Source: a virus. From it: a stretch of 64,000 nucleotides of DNA. Of this stretch, positions 36,011 to 45,429 are shown in pieces (within the stretch, counting starts at the first letter, position 1; each line of letters opens with the position of its first letter). A program made the position numbers and the translations under genes. Under the pieces are notes generated by a model. That model saw only the letters and a program-made list of their open reading frames with translations, did no database searches and was not told the DNA's origin. The DNA lies in IMG/VR virus record IMGVR_UViG_3300037258_000046, positions 1-64,000 of that record; one strand, written 5' to 3'.

Positions 36011-37210
36011 CTAGAAGTCGACTGAATCGTCGCCGCTGCTACGCGGACGCCACCCGAGCGGCACGCCGAGCGTCGTGAGCTGCTGATCGAGCCAATTCAG
36101 CTCGTCGACCAGCTCGGCGTCCTGCTTCTCGTTCGCGTTCTCGCGCAGCTCGTCGATCGCCGTCAGGCGCTCTAGGAACGGGTGCACCTGCGCACGCCAC
36201 GTCGCGTCGCTCTCCCACCGCGCCTGCGCCGCAGTCCAGTCCGCGCCCGTCTCCTCGCCCGCCTCGGGCTCCACGTCGCCGGAGACGGCCTCCTGCGCGC
36301 CCTCGACGCCGTTCTCGGCCATCGCAGCCTCAGCGCTCGGCGACACATCGTCAGCCACGACGACGGCATCCTCCGGCTCGTTCTCGGCAAGCCACTGCTC
36401 CAGCTCGCGCTTCACCTGAGCGAGCTGCACCGGAGTCGCGCCCTGCGTCCTCGCGCGCAGCACGCCCTCCGTGAACGCCGTCGGGTCCAAGTCGCGGATG
36501 CGCTCATACAGCGGAGCGATCTCCGGATCGAGCGGCTGAAAGTCACCGACGTCGGCGGCGCCAAGGCCACCGCTTGCGCCCGGCAGGTCGAGCCCAGCGC
36601 CCAGCTCGTCGAAGGGCACTGGCCCGGACACGCCATAGGTGATTCGCGTGATGTAGCTCGTCGCGGCTTTGACCATCATCGCGTGCAGAAATGACCATGC
36701 CGACCTCGCAGCGTCTTTGGCGTACTCCGCCCTCGGGGCGTAGAAGTAGCGATCCGGCTTGCCCTGACGGCGCAGGATCGCGTACGCGCCCACGACCTCG
36801 CCCCGCTTGCTCGGGTGGTCGTACTCGTGCACGATCGTGCGCTTGCCGTTCTCGGCGCGCCGAACGCGAAAGACGTCGTTCTCGCACACGACGTCGGCGT
36901 CGACGTCGATGAAGTGCTCGTCGCGGCGCGCGATCTTGAGGTAGCCATCACGGCCGACCATGACCGCGAGCCTCCCCGGCGCGCCGTTCTTGCCCGGCAT
37001 CTGCGCCAGCCAAATCTCGTTCAGCAGCGGATTCAGGTCGAGCGCCGCCGCCTCTTCGAGATAGCGCTGGAGCAGCGCCGTGTCGTTGATCGCGGGCGCG
37101 CCAACCGTGGCGGCAATCGTCGAGACGAGCGCCGGACTAAAAGTGCGCTTCGCCGCGGCGGAGAGACGGACTACGTTCGTGCCCGGAGCGGGCGGAGATT
37201 GCGTTGGCAT
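36011..37210 (-). CDS. recT: RecT/Bet single-strand annealing protein
   Basis: LNPLLNEIW...MVGRDGYLKIA...VVCENDVF...VVGAYA..R...MMVKAA. Confidence 0.85.
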   Translation of the reverse strand: MPTQSPPAPGTNVVRLSAAAKRTFSPALVSTIAATVGAPAINDTALLQRYLEEAAALDLNPLLNEIWLAQMPGKNGAPGRLAVMVGRDGYLKIARRDEHFIDVDADVVCENDVFRVRRAENGKRTIVHEYDHPSKRGEVVGAYAILRRQGKPDRYFYAPRAEYAKDAARSAWSFLHAMMVKAATSYITRITYGVSGPVPFDELGAGLDLPGASGGLGAADVGDFQPLDPEIAPLYERIRDLDPTAFTEGVLRARTQGATPVQLAQVKRELEQWLAENEPEDAVVVADDVSPSAEAAMAENGVEGAQEAVSGDVEPEAGEETGADWTAAQARWESDATWRAQVHPFLERLTAIDELRENANEKQDAELVDELNWLDQQLTTLGVPLGWRPRSSGDDSVDF

Positions 37211-37249
37211 CGTGGACTCCGTTCGGGTTGCAGTGCGAGCACCCTAGCA
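37211..37249 (-). promoter_or_regulatory. early-type promoter/leader TGC-TAGGGT-N9-GCAACCCG-SD
   Basis: -10 37241-46, box 37224-31. Confidence 0.6.
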
Positions 37250-37261
37250 GCCGTGCCAAAC

Positions 37262-37303
37262 GAAAAAACGGGCCGCCCGGGGAAGGTGTTCCGGGCGGCC
37301 CGT
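37262..37303 (-). terminator. intrinsic terminator
   Basis: 13-bp stem ACGGGCCGCCCGG/CCGGGCGGCCCGT followed by a T tract. Confidence 0.85.
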
Positions 37304-37361
37304 GAGTGCAGCACCCCGACAATGACCAGTGCAACCCGGACGTAGGAGGGGGCGCCGCTTC
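37262..37361 (-). ncRNA. candidate ~100-nt antisense sRNA complementary to early-mRNA leaders
   Basis: GCGGC-TATGAT -10 (37368-73); 10-bp stem 37349-58/37308-17 enclosing CUCCUACGUCCGGGUUGC; terminator. Confidence 0.5.
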
Positions 37362-37379
37362 CTACGCATCATAGCCGCT

Positions 37380-38504
37380 CTACGCCTTGATGATGAAGCT
37401 GCGAACCGTCAGGTACGGCGGAAGGTTGTTATGCGCCGCACCACCGCCCTGCGAGCTGATCGACAGCGCCCCCACCGACAGCGACGGGATCGACAGCGCA
37501 GGGATCGTGACCGCCGGGATCGCGTGCGTGTGCCCGAACCCCGTGAACTTGCGAAAGTCGTTCGAGATGAACGTGCCGCCCTCGACCGCGGAGGTGCCCG
37601 CGAGAATGAACGGCTCCCACTCGTTGCCCGACATCGCGCCGTTCGGGTTGTAGACGCCACCGTCCTCCCACGTCGGCTCGCCCGTCGGGCCCACCGACGC
37701 CGATCCGCCGCCCGTCGACCCGCTGCCCGTCGAGCCTGAGCCCGTCGCGCCGCCGTGGTTGTGCGACGGCGCCTCGCCGATCGTCAGCACATGCGTCGCC
37801 TCGCCACCGCCCGCGCCAGCAGTCAGCGCCGTCGCTCGACCGGCCGCGCCCGCCGAGCCCATGTTGTCCGGGCCGACCGCCGTGCGCGCCCGCATGTCCG
37901 GCAGCGCGAAGTTCCCCGCCGACACCGCCGTGCCGTGCGTCGCGAGATAGTCCGCGTTGTAGAGCGTCCCGATCACGCCATACAGCGCCGGGTAGGTCGC
38001 CTGCGCCACCTGCGACCCGTCGCAGATCAGCCACCCCGTCGGCGCGGCCGAGCCGCTCCACGGCAGCGGGCCGAGCCCCGTCGGCAGGATCGGCGACGCG
38101 AGCAGGCTCGCGAGGTTCGGCTGCCCCACGAGCTGCGTGAGCTGCGTGATCGCCGTCCCGTTCCACGCGACCGTCGCGACCTTGCGATACGCGTAGACGC
38201 CCGTCGGCGTCGAGCCCGACGCCACGCTCACCATCGAGAAGCCCGCGGGCGAACTGTCGACGCTCGCCGTGTACGAGTTCGCTCCCGACGTCGTCACGAA
38301 GATGTCGTAGTTGCCCGCGGCACCCGACACGGTGCACGTCACCGTGCCCGAGTTCACGTAGCGGTAGAGCCCGCCGATCGAGATGCTGACCTGCTGATCG
38401 CCCGTCCCCGGGTTGTTTCCCTGCTGATTGACCGCGGAGAGCTGCGTCGTCCCGATGACCGCGAGCTGAAAGTTCGGCGCGGAGCCCGAGAGCATCTCCT
38501 GCAC
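37380..38504 (-). CDS. tail fibre with collar domain
   Basis: APTGWLICDGSQVAQATYPALYGVIG...FALPDMR...HNNLPPYL; start uncertain. Confidence 0.85.
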   Translation of the reverse strand: MQEMLSGSAPNFQLAVIGTTQLSAVNQQGNNPGTGDQQVSISIGGLYRYVNSGTVTCTVSGAAGNYDIFVTTSGANSYTASVDSSPAGFSMVSVASGSTPTGVYAYRKVATVAWNGTAITQLTQLVGQPNLASLLASPILPTGLGPLPWSGSAAPTGWLICDGSQVAQATYPALYGVIGTLYNADYLATHGTAVSAGNFALPDMRARTAVGPDNMGSAGAAGRATALTAGAGGGEATHVLTIGEAPSHNHGGATGSGSTGSGSTGGGSASVGPTGEPTWEDGGVYNPNGAMSGNEWEPFILAGTSAVEGGTFISNDFRKFTGFGHTHAIPAVTIPALSIPSLSVGALSISSQGGGAAHNNLPPYLTVRSFIIKA

Positions 38505-38614
38505 CGCCTCGAAGAACCGCGCCGCGGCCGCCTGCGAATAGCTGAGGGGAACGTCCTGTGTGATCCCTCAAGGGTACGGCGCCCAGCGGCAGCGACGTAG
38601 ATTCTAGAATTGTC

Positions 38615-39166
38615 CTAGATCACGTCGCCGACGGCCGAGATGCCGACGATGAAGTGGCCGGTCCCCGAGCCGCCACCCGAGCCGCCCGACGCGCCCGCGA
38701 TCAGATAGTTCGCCGGGATCAACCGGCGCGCGATCACCGCGATCACGCCCTGAAAGTAAGACGTCGACGGGAACGTCGTCGTAATCGTGATCTCGCCCGT
38801 CGACGGCACGCCCACCTGATAGCTCCACGTCGTCGAGCCCAGCAGCGTGTTCATCGCGTTGACCCACTCCGCCGTCGTGCGACACCTGCGCCCGACCATC
38901 GCCGCCTGCACCGCCTGCTGCCTCACCGCCAGCGACTCGCTCGGCGGCGCGATCGGCAACCCCAAGATGCCCTCCCAAATCGACAGCATCCCCAGCGAGT
39001 CGTCGGCGAGCGTCGGCACGAGCCCGTTCTGCACGCTGATCAGATACGCCTCGCAGCGGTCGATCTCGTTCGCGATGCCCTGCACGATCCGCGCGAGCGT
39101 CGGATCGCCCCCATAGTAAGGAGGGAGACTGTCGAAGATGCGCGCCGCGGTCGGAGAGAGCGCCAT
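38615..39166 (-). CDS. baseplate wedge protein (DUF2313/XkdU-like)
   Basis: LPPYY...EIDR...LSIWEGILGL...R...IPAN; synteny. Confidence 0.75.
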   Translation of the reverse strand: MALSPTAARIFDSLPPYYGGDPTLARIVQGIANEIDRCEAYLISVQNGLVPTLADDSLGMLSIWEGILGLPIAPPSESLAVRQQAVQAAMVGRRCRTTAEWVNAMNTLLGSTTWSYQVGVPSTGEITITTTFPSTSYFQGVIAVIARRLIPANYLIAGASGGSGGGSGTGHFIVGISAVGDVI

Positions 39167-39170
39167 GCGC

Positions 39171-40370
39171 CTAGCTCAGCGTCGCCGTCGAGAACAGCGC
39201 CACGTCCGCCGAGCTGATCGGCAGATCCGCCGCCGTCCCGTTGAGCTTGAGCGCACTCGATCCCGCCACGCTCACGTTCGCGACACCCTCGACGTCGAGG
39301 ATCGCCGCCAGCACCTTGTTCAGGATCACGTAGCCGCCAGCCGGAAGCGAGCTGATGTAAGCCTGAATCGCCGCGACGATGTTCGCACGGATCGCCCGCG
39401 TGCCCGCCGTCCCGTCGTAGCTGTACCCCGAGTTGAAGGTGACCGTCGCCGCGACCGTCACCGCCAGCCCGACCGGCGTAGCGATCGTGAGGATATGCCC
39501 GATCGGCCCGAGCCCCGACCCGTCGCCGTTCGCGTTCGGATCCCAAGCCGCCTGCTGCGCCGCGATGAACGCCGTCGACAGCGGGTTGTTGTTCTCGTCG
39601 GTCACCATCACGCGCACCGTGCACGTGCCCGCCCAATTCGACTGCACCGACACGTTGCCGACACCCGGGATCGCAAGGAACCACCGCTGATAGTCGGAGA
39701 TCGTGCCCGCCCCCTGCGTGCCCGCCAGCGCGTTCCCGAGCCGGTCCTGGAGCTGCGAGTCGCTCTCGACGTCGGCACCGCCCGACATCGGCAGCGCGTT
39801 CGTGACGGCCGTGATCCCGCCGACGCCCGTGTTGAGCTGCGAGATCGCGCCCGAGAGCACGTTCCCCGCCGACCCCGCGAGCTGCGCCACGACCGGCAGC
39901 ATCACGACGCCCTGCCCGCCGCCGAGACTCGAATCGACAGTGCCGCCCGCCGTCGTCTGGAAAGCCTGCCCGTTCGCGTCGGGCGCCGGAGCCTCCGTCG
40001 CGACCACCACGCCCGTGTTCACGATCGTCCCCGCCGCACCCGTGAAGGTCACGAGCCCGTCCGCCGGATTGGCCTCCTTGCGCGCCAGCCCATTCGCCTC
40101 CGCATGCGCGTCCAGGAACGGGCCCTGCGCCAGCGTCGGGATTCCCGTGCGCGGCACCTCGTTGCTCGCGAAGTCGCGCAGCCGGTCAATCTCGATCGAG
40201 AAGGCCACGTCGAAGTCGTTCGCGATCGCGCCCGGCGTCAGGTCCAGGAACGACGGATCGTTGGGGTCGATGCCCGCGTTCTGATCGGCGACGATCCGGC
40301 CCAGGATCGTCTCGACCGTGTCCACGCTGAGCGGCGGAGCGGCCTGCTGAAAATAGTCCAAGCTGCTCAT
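39171..40370 (-). CDS. baseplate J/gp47-like protein
   Basis: LDAHA..GLARK.A..A.G.VTFTG, GGADVESD..L..R, GTISDY..W..IPGV. Confidence 0.9.
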   Translation of the reverse strand: MSSLDYFQQAAPPLSVDTVETILGRIVADQNAGIDPNDPSFLDLTPGAIANDFDVAFSIEIDRLRDFASNEVPRTGIPTLAQGPFLDAHAEANGLARKEANPADGLVTFTGAAGTIVNTGVVVATEAPAPDANGQAFQTTAGGTVDSSLGGGQGVVMLPVVAQLAGSAGNVLSGAISQLNTGVGGITAVTNALPMSGGADVESDSQLQDRLGNALAGTQGAGTISDYQRWFLAIPGVGNVSVQSNWAGTCTVRVMVTDENNNPLSTAFIAAQQAAWDPNANGDGSGLGPIGHILTIATPVGLAVTVAATVTFNSGYSYDGTAGTRAIRANIVAAIQAYISSLPAGGYVILNKVLAAILDVEGVANVSVAGSSALKLNGTAADLPISSADVALFSTATLS

Positions 40371-40816
40371 GCGGCAGCCCTCCTCTCGCGCTGCCGTTCA
40401 CGGTCGCAACGACGGCATCGCCGCTGTCCGCCGCGGATGGATAGGTTCAGGCCCGCGTAAGCGTGCCCCCACGGACAGTGCGTCTTTCGCGCGTTGATCG
40501 CGGCGGCCGTGTCGCTCAGATGCACATGCTCGGCCCGCGTCACTGGCCGCAGATGCGCCGGGTTGACGCACGGCTCGTTCTCGCAGAGATGGTGAAGCTC
40601 GTGCCCGTTCGGGACAGGGCCCACGTTCAGCTCGTAGGAGACGATGTGCGCGAGCGCCATCGTGCGCGGCACGCCCCGCTGAATCTGTCCGTACCCCGTC
40701 GGTTGACAGGATGCGGTCCAGAGCCAGCACGGTCCCAGCTCCGGCTTGAGCGTCGGCCCGTCCTTGTCGACCTTCGACCAAAACCGCACCTCCAGCGAGC
40801 CGTTCACGCGAGCCAT
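40367..40816 (-). CDS. HNH homing endonuclease
   Basis: RFWSKVDK...CWLWTA...GYG...AHIVSYE...ELHHLCENEPCVNPAHL...KTHCPWGH. Confidence 0.9.
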   Translation of the reverse strand: MARVNGSLEVRFWSKVDKDGPTLKPELGPCWLWTASCQPTGYGQIQRGVPRTMALAHIVSYELNVGPVPNGHELHHLCENEPCVNPAHLRPVTRAEHVHLSDTAAAINARKTHCPWGHAYAGLNLSIRGGQRRCRRCDRERQRERRAAA

Positions 40817-40819
40817 TCG

Positions 40820-41395
40820 TCAGCCTCCTTGGACCGATGGGCCCGGGGTTGTAAGGGGGTAGCGCGTCACCTGGAGCGGGTCAAGATCGTTGCCCTCCGG
40901 CACCACGACAAAGCTCACGAACATCGCATCGTCAGGCGTGTTGCCCGACTCCAGCCCGTCGTCGTAGTCCACCTCGAAGTCAGTGATCGCGGAGATCCGC
41001 GGGTGCTGCGTCAGCGCGTCGGAGATCAGCGCCTCAAGCTCCGCCGCTCGCGCCGCGTCGAACGGCGTGCCGTCGATGAACTCGTTCGCGCCATCCAACC
41101 CGTAGTCGTTCGCCATGTGCACCGGAGCGGCCGCGCGATCGGTGATCAACGTCTTGCCGATCCACTGCTTGAGCGCGTCGAGCCCGTACGCCATCAGCGG
41201 CCCGCCCGCGATCGTCGGCACGAGCGTCTGATTCACGAAGTCGAAGACGTAGGTGCGCCCGAGCGGCGGAGGCTCCTGCGCCTGCGTGACCGGCGACGCC
41301 GGGTCCGCGAGCTGATCGAGCAGCGAGAGCTGATCCGCGGGGAGCGCCGGATCGGTCACGTCCGGGATCAGGCTGTATCCGGTGTTATCGGCCAT
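40820..41395 (-). CDS. baseplate gp25/DUF2634 (XkdS)-like protein
   Basis: FDF...DALKQWIGKTLITDR...YG...ISDALTQHPRI; TAGGAT 6 nt upstream. Confidence 0.8.
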   Translation of the reverse strand: MADNTGYSLIPDVTDPALPADQLSLLDQLADPASPVTQAQEPPPLGRTYVFDFVNQTLVPTIAGGPLMAYGLDALKQWIGKTLITDRAAAPVHMANDYGLDGANEFIDGTPFDAARAAELEALISDALTQHPRISAITDFEVDYDDGLESGNTPDDAMFVSFVVVPEGNDLDPLQVTRYPLTTPGPSVQGG

Positions 41396-41411
41396 CGTTC
41401 GATCCTACGAG

Positions 41412-43220
41412 CTACGCGGTCCCGTTGTTTGCCGTCGGGCGCATGATCTCCTCGATCGTGAACGAATCGCCGAAGCTCGCCGCCCCGTTGAGAATCGTGG
41501 CGCCAGTGCTCGCCAACCATCCCGGCTGATAGAGGTGCGATCCGGCGCCCACCGCCATCTCCTCGTCGATCAGGAAAAGCCCATAGGCGCCCACGACCGG
41601 AAGCTGGACCACCGTCACGTTGCCGGTTGCCGTGTTGTCGATGAACGCCACCGACTCGTAGACGCCGCCCGAAGCATTCGCCGTCACGTTGATGGTCGCG
41701 ATGTAGCGAAAGCGCACCTCGCTCCCGCCGGACTCGAAGCGCAGCGAAAGGTGCGTCGTGTCGATGGGCGCGTAGCTCGAACCGCTCGAACTCGCGTTAG
41801 TGCCCGAGCTCTGGATCTTCGCCCTCCCGCCCATCGCCCACGGCCGTCGATCGCGCCCCGATGCAGGGATCGGCGAGCCGGTAGCGGGCGTGCCTGCGAT
41901 CAGGCTGTAGTTGACGCCGGTCACCTGGCCGATGCCGTCCCACATCATCACGTTCGTCCCGTTGTTGGACGCGAGGCGCTGATCGCCCGCGGCCGTCGCT
42001 CCGGTGCTGCGGTTCCCGAAGAAGTAGAGGCTCGCCGTCGCCGTGCCGCCCGGCGTCGGAGTCGCAGTCAGCACCACCCCCACGTACATGCAGTCCCCGG
42101 TCGTGATGCCCGCCGCCGTCAGCGACAGCGCCGGAGCGGACGGCACGACGTTGCGCACGAGCAACCCGCTCGGCAACGGCAGCCACACCGCGTCGCCCGT
42201 CGGCCAGTGAGTGAACGTCAGCGCCCCGCCGCTCGCGACCGACGCGGAGATCACGCCCGGGTTCGTGATGCCGACGACGCCCGCCCGAATCGCATCCGGG
42301 TAGGCGTAGGGCGCGCCCGGCGCCGTGTAGCTCAGCACGAGATCCCCGGCCGTCGTCGCGAATGTGCCGTTGATCGCGATGTTCACGATGTCGAGTTCGT
42401 AATAGCCGGTATGGCTCACCACGCCGCTGAGCTGCGCGAGCAGGAAGTGCGCCGGGTTCGAGTTCGAGAACAGCTTGATGACGCCGCCCGCGAGCATCTC
42501 GCTGATCCACACGCCCACATTGATCCCGGCCGCGTCGATCTGATCAACGTAGATCGCGGTCACGCTCGCCAGCGTCGCGTTGTTCACCCGCAGCTTCCCC
42601 GACCCCGGGTCCGCGTTCGTGACGCCCGTGTCGAACGTCCACGCGAAGCTGTCGCCGCCAGCCTGCCCGTTCGCGCCAGCAGGCCCCGAGAGCGCCCCAG
42701 CGGCCACCGCAGCATCGACGTACGCCGTCGACGCCGCCTGCACGTTGTCGGTCAGCGGCGCCGCCGTCGGCACCGTCGGCGTGCCCGTCAGCGACGCGTT
42801 ATTGAGTGGCGCGGCGCCCGTCACCTGGCCGACCGTGTAGTCGCCGCTCACCGGCGCCACGGCGCCCTTGCGGCCGTTGAAGCTGATCACCGCGCGCCCC
42901 GAGAGCGGCGCGACGTCGGTGTCGCCCTGCACGTCCGTGGCAACCCACTCCCCGACGTCCGTCTCGACGAGCAGCAGCGTGTCCCCGACCGCGAGCCCGC
43001 TCAGCACGTCGTAGGTGTAGACGTTCTGCCCGAGGATCACGTGCGTCTCGTCGAGCGAATAGTCAGCGTCGAACGGCTGGAGCGTGAACGTGCGGTTGCC
43101 CGCCGACCCGCCGAGCGCCGTGATGTTGGCGCGGCTCGTCTGCTTGCCGTGGCGGCGCACGTGCGACTCGATGACCGGCCGCATCGCGCGCACGAACTCT
43201 CTAGCGACCGCGCGGCTCAT
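41412..43220 (-). CDS. baseplate spike/receptor-binding protein
   Basis: N-terminal OB-like LAVGDTLLL; VISFNGRKGAV; LTGTPTVPTAAP fibre motifs. Confidence 0.65.
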   Translation of the reverse strand: MSRAVAREFVRAMRPVIESHVRRHGKQTSRANITALGGSAGNRTFTLQPFDADYSLDETHVILGQNVYTYDVLSGLAVGDTLLLVETDVGEWVATDVQGDTDVAPLSGRAVISFNGRKGAVAPVSGDYTVGQVTGAAPLNNASLTGTPTVPTAAPLTDNVQAASTAYVDAAVAAGALSGPAGANGQAGGDSFAWTFDTGVTNADPGSGKLRVNNATLASVTAIYVDQIDAAGINVGVWISEMLAGGVIKLFSNSNPAHFLLAQLSGVVSHTGYYELDIVNIAINGTFATTAGDLVLSYTAPGAPYAYPDAIRAGVVGITNPGVISASVASGGALTFTHWPTGDAVWLPLPSGLLVRNVVPSAPALSLTAAGITTGDCMYVGVVLTATPTPGGTATASLYFFGNRSTGATAAGDQRLASNNGTNVMMWDGIGQVTGVNYSLIAGTPATGSPIPASGRDRRPWAMGGRAKIQSSGTNASSSGSSYAPIDTTHLSLRFESGGSEVRFRYIATINVTANASGGVYESVAFIDNTATGNVTVVQLPVVGAYGLFLIDEEMAVGAGSHLYQPGWLASTGATILNGAASFGDSFTIEEIMRPTANNGTA

Positions 43221-44119
43221 GTAGGCAGCGGCAAGACGTCGCAGGTCACGGTGTCCTGCGCCCACCCGCTGATCGCAAGGAACGCGCGGCGCGTCAGCGA
43301 AATGTCCTCGTCCTGCGTCTCGTCCGGGAAGTTGCGCGCCGCGTACAGCAGCACCGCGGCCGTCGCCTGATAGACGCCGTAGCGGCGGATGACCAGGATG
43401 CGCTCGCCGACGTAGCCCTCCATCGCGCCGCCGATGCGCGCGAGCGCGAACGCTCCCGTCTCGACGTCGAAGTTCACGCCATGCCAGCCGACCACGACCT
43501 CGGGGATCTCGCCGAGGTTGCCGCGCGGGATCGCCCCGGCCGCCCCGAACGCGCGCTGCGACAGCTCCCACGGCAGCCGCCCCAGGTAGACGTCGGTCAC
43601 GTTGTCGGGCGCGCTCCACGACTCGAACAGCGTCGCGTAGAACGGCAGCCCGTCGCTGATGCCCGTCCACGCGCCCGGGCTCGCGAGGCTGCCCGGCAGC
43701 GTCTCGTCCTCCGGCGTCGTCACCGCGGCGTAGCCCGCGTTCTCGTTCGCGTGGAGCACCCCGAGGATGCGCGCCGCGTTGCCGCCCGGCAGCCCGTAGA
43801 GCGCGATCGTGTAGGTGTCCGGGTTCAGCAGCATCCCGGTCAGCGTCGGCGACAGGAAGTCGACCCACCCGGCCGCCTGCCCCGGCACGATCGTGACCGG
43901 CAAGCTCGTCGCGAGCAGCACGTCGCCCGTCGCACCGCCGCGGTAGAACAGCGCAATCACCTGCTGCGCGCCGCCGCCACCGCCGCCGTCCATGTAGACG
44001 CTGATCTTCGAGAGCGCCTGCGTCACCGTCCCCGACGGGATCGAGCAGCGCAGCCCATACAGCTCGCTCGACCCGACCGCGATCGGATCGGTCCCCGCCT
44101 GCGGCAACCCCAGCAGCAT
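43217..44119 (-). CDS. baseplate/minor tail protein
   Basis: Synteny; coupled. Confidence 0.6.
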   Translation of the reverse strand: MLLGLPQAGTDPIAVGSSELYGLRCSIPSGTVTQALSKISVYMDGGGGGGAQQVIALFYRGGATGDVLLATSLPVTIVPGQAAGWVDFLSPTLTGMLLNPDTYTIALYGLPGGNAARILGVLHANENAGYAAVTTPEDETLPGSLASPGAWTGISDGLPFYATLFESWSAPDNVTDVYLGRLPWELSQRAFGAAGAIPRGNLGEIPEVVVGWHGVNFDVETGAFALARIGGAMEGYVGERILVIRRYGVYQATAAVLLYAARNFPDETQDEDISLTRRAFLAISGWAQDTVTCDVLPLPT

Positions 44120-44121
44120 CG

Positions 44122-45429
44122 CTAGCCCTTCGTCTTCCCGGCGTGCACGACCGCCTTCGCCGTCTTCGGCCGAGCCGACGCCGCGAGATAGTGCGAGCCC
44201 TTCTGATTGTGCAGGCCACGGATCCGCGTCGACCCCGTCTTGCTCGACTGATCCTCCAGCCACGGATCGTTATAGCCGCACACGATGTCCATGCTGTAGG
44301 TCCCCGCACTGACCGCGTGCGTCACCGACTGCACGTAAACCATCTGATTGAACTTGATCTCCGGGATCGTCAGGAGCAGCGCGTCGCCGACGTCGACCCA
44401 CGGGATACCCGGATGCGTGACCTCGATGCTCGGATGCGGCGTCGCGTAGCGCGCGAGGTACTTGAGCCCATAGTCGTAGAGCCCGGCGCTCGTGTTGATG
44501 TTCGACGGCGCCGTGATCACCTTCTGCACGTAGCCGAAGCGCTTGATCCCGAGGTGATTCACGACCGTCATCTGCACCGAACTCGACCCGCGCCGCGCGT
44601 TCCCCGCCGACGTCTTCCCCGTGTTCTTCGCGTGCCCCTCAACCACGACCGCGTTCGCGTAGTAGCTGCCCGTGAAGCTCGACTTGACCGCCTCCATCAG
44701 CGCCGGGCCCAGCGGCAGCATGTAGCGCGGCTTGCTCACCTCCGTGACCTCCAGGTTCCCGCGGTCGTCGTCGATGACGTACCGGCGGCCGGTCAGCACG
44801 CGCTCCTGCTGCCACGCCTTGATGATCACGTCATAGGCGCTCGCGTTGTCCTTGATCGCCGAGAGCTTTGCCGTCGACGGCGCGATCTTCCCGATCGGCG
44901 CATTGAAGCGATTGCACGCGTAGACCGTGATCTCCGGCGCCGTCCACCCGCCCGGATGCTGCTTGTCCGGCGAGAACAACCACTTAGCCTTCGACTGCGT
45001 GAGCGACGCAATGTTGATCGTCTCCAGCGTCAGGTCCGTCACCCCTGCCACGACCGACTCCTGCGGGTTGCTCACGCCCAGCCGGAGAAACTGATACCAC
45101 GGGCCCTTCGGGCCGGTCAGCGAGACGTCAATCTCGATCTGATCGGCCTGCTGAATCGTGTCGGCCTCGTCGTACCCCAGCGGCCGGTAGAACTCCAGCG
45201 TGCCCGTCCGCGGCGCCGCGCCGTTGCGCTCCCACCCGATCTGATCGACGAGCTGATCGAGGCTCACCGTCGGGCGCTGCTTGCGATACGCCGTCACCCG
45301 GAAGCTCTCGCGGCCGAACACGTAGTTAGTCATCTTCGGCTGCCAGTAGTTCTGCGCCGTCGTCGGCGGGAACGGGTCCGCATGCTTCGCGCCCGTCGCC
45401 GTCGCCGCGTACGCGGTAGCGCCGCTCAC
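44122..45429 (-). CDS. baseplate hub (XkdQ/YqbQ-like)
   Basis: SAYDVIIKA...TGRRY...IKRFGYVQ...VGD...VQSVTH. Confidence 0.75.
   Translation of the reverse strand: MSGATAYAATATGAKHADPFPPTTAQNYWQPKMTNYVFGRESFRVTAYRKQRPTVSLDQLVDQIGWERNGAAPRTGTLEFYRPLGYDEADTIQQADQIEIDVSLTGPKGPWYQFLRLGVSNPQESVVAGVTDLTLETINIASLTQSKAKWLFSPDKQHPGGWTAPEITVYACNRFNAPIGKIAPSTAKLSAIKDNASAYDVIIKAWQQERVLTGRRYVIDDDRGNLEVTEVSKPRYMLPLGPALMEAVKSSFTGSYYANAVVVEGHAKNTGKTSAGNARRGSSSVQMTVVNHLGIKRFGYVQKVITAPSNINTSAGLYDYGLKYLARYATPHPSIEVTHPGIPWVDVGDALLLTIPEIKFNQMVYVQSVTHAVSAGTYSMDIVCGYNDPWLEDQSSKTGSTRIRGLHNQKGSHYLAASARPKTAKAVVHAGKTKG

Noticed and set aside
37318-37352. Inverted box as a plus-strand gene leader (GACAAT-N7-GCAACCCG...AGGAGG)
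   Set aside because: No start codon after the SD, the -10 lacks the first T and the TG extension, and the terminator polarity favours the minus strand. A plus-strand decoy RNA is not fully excluded.
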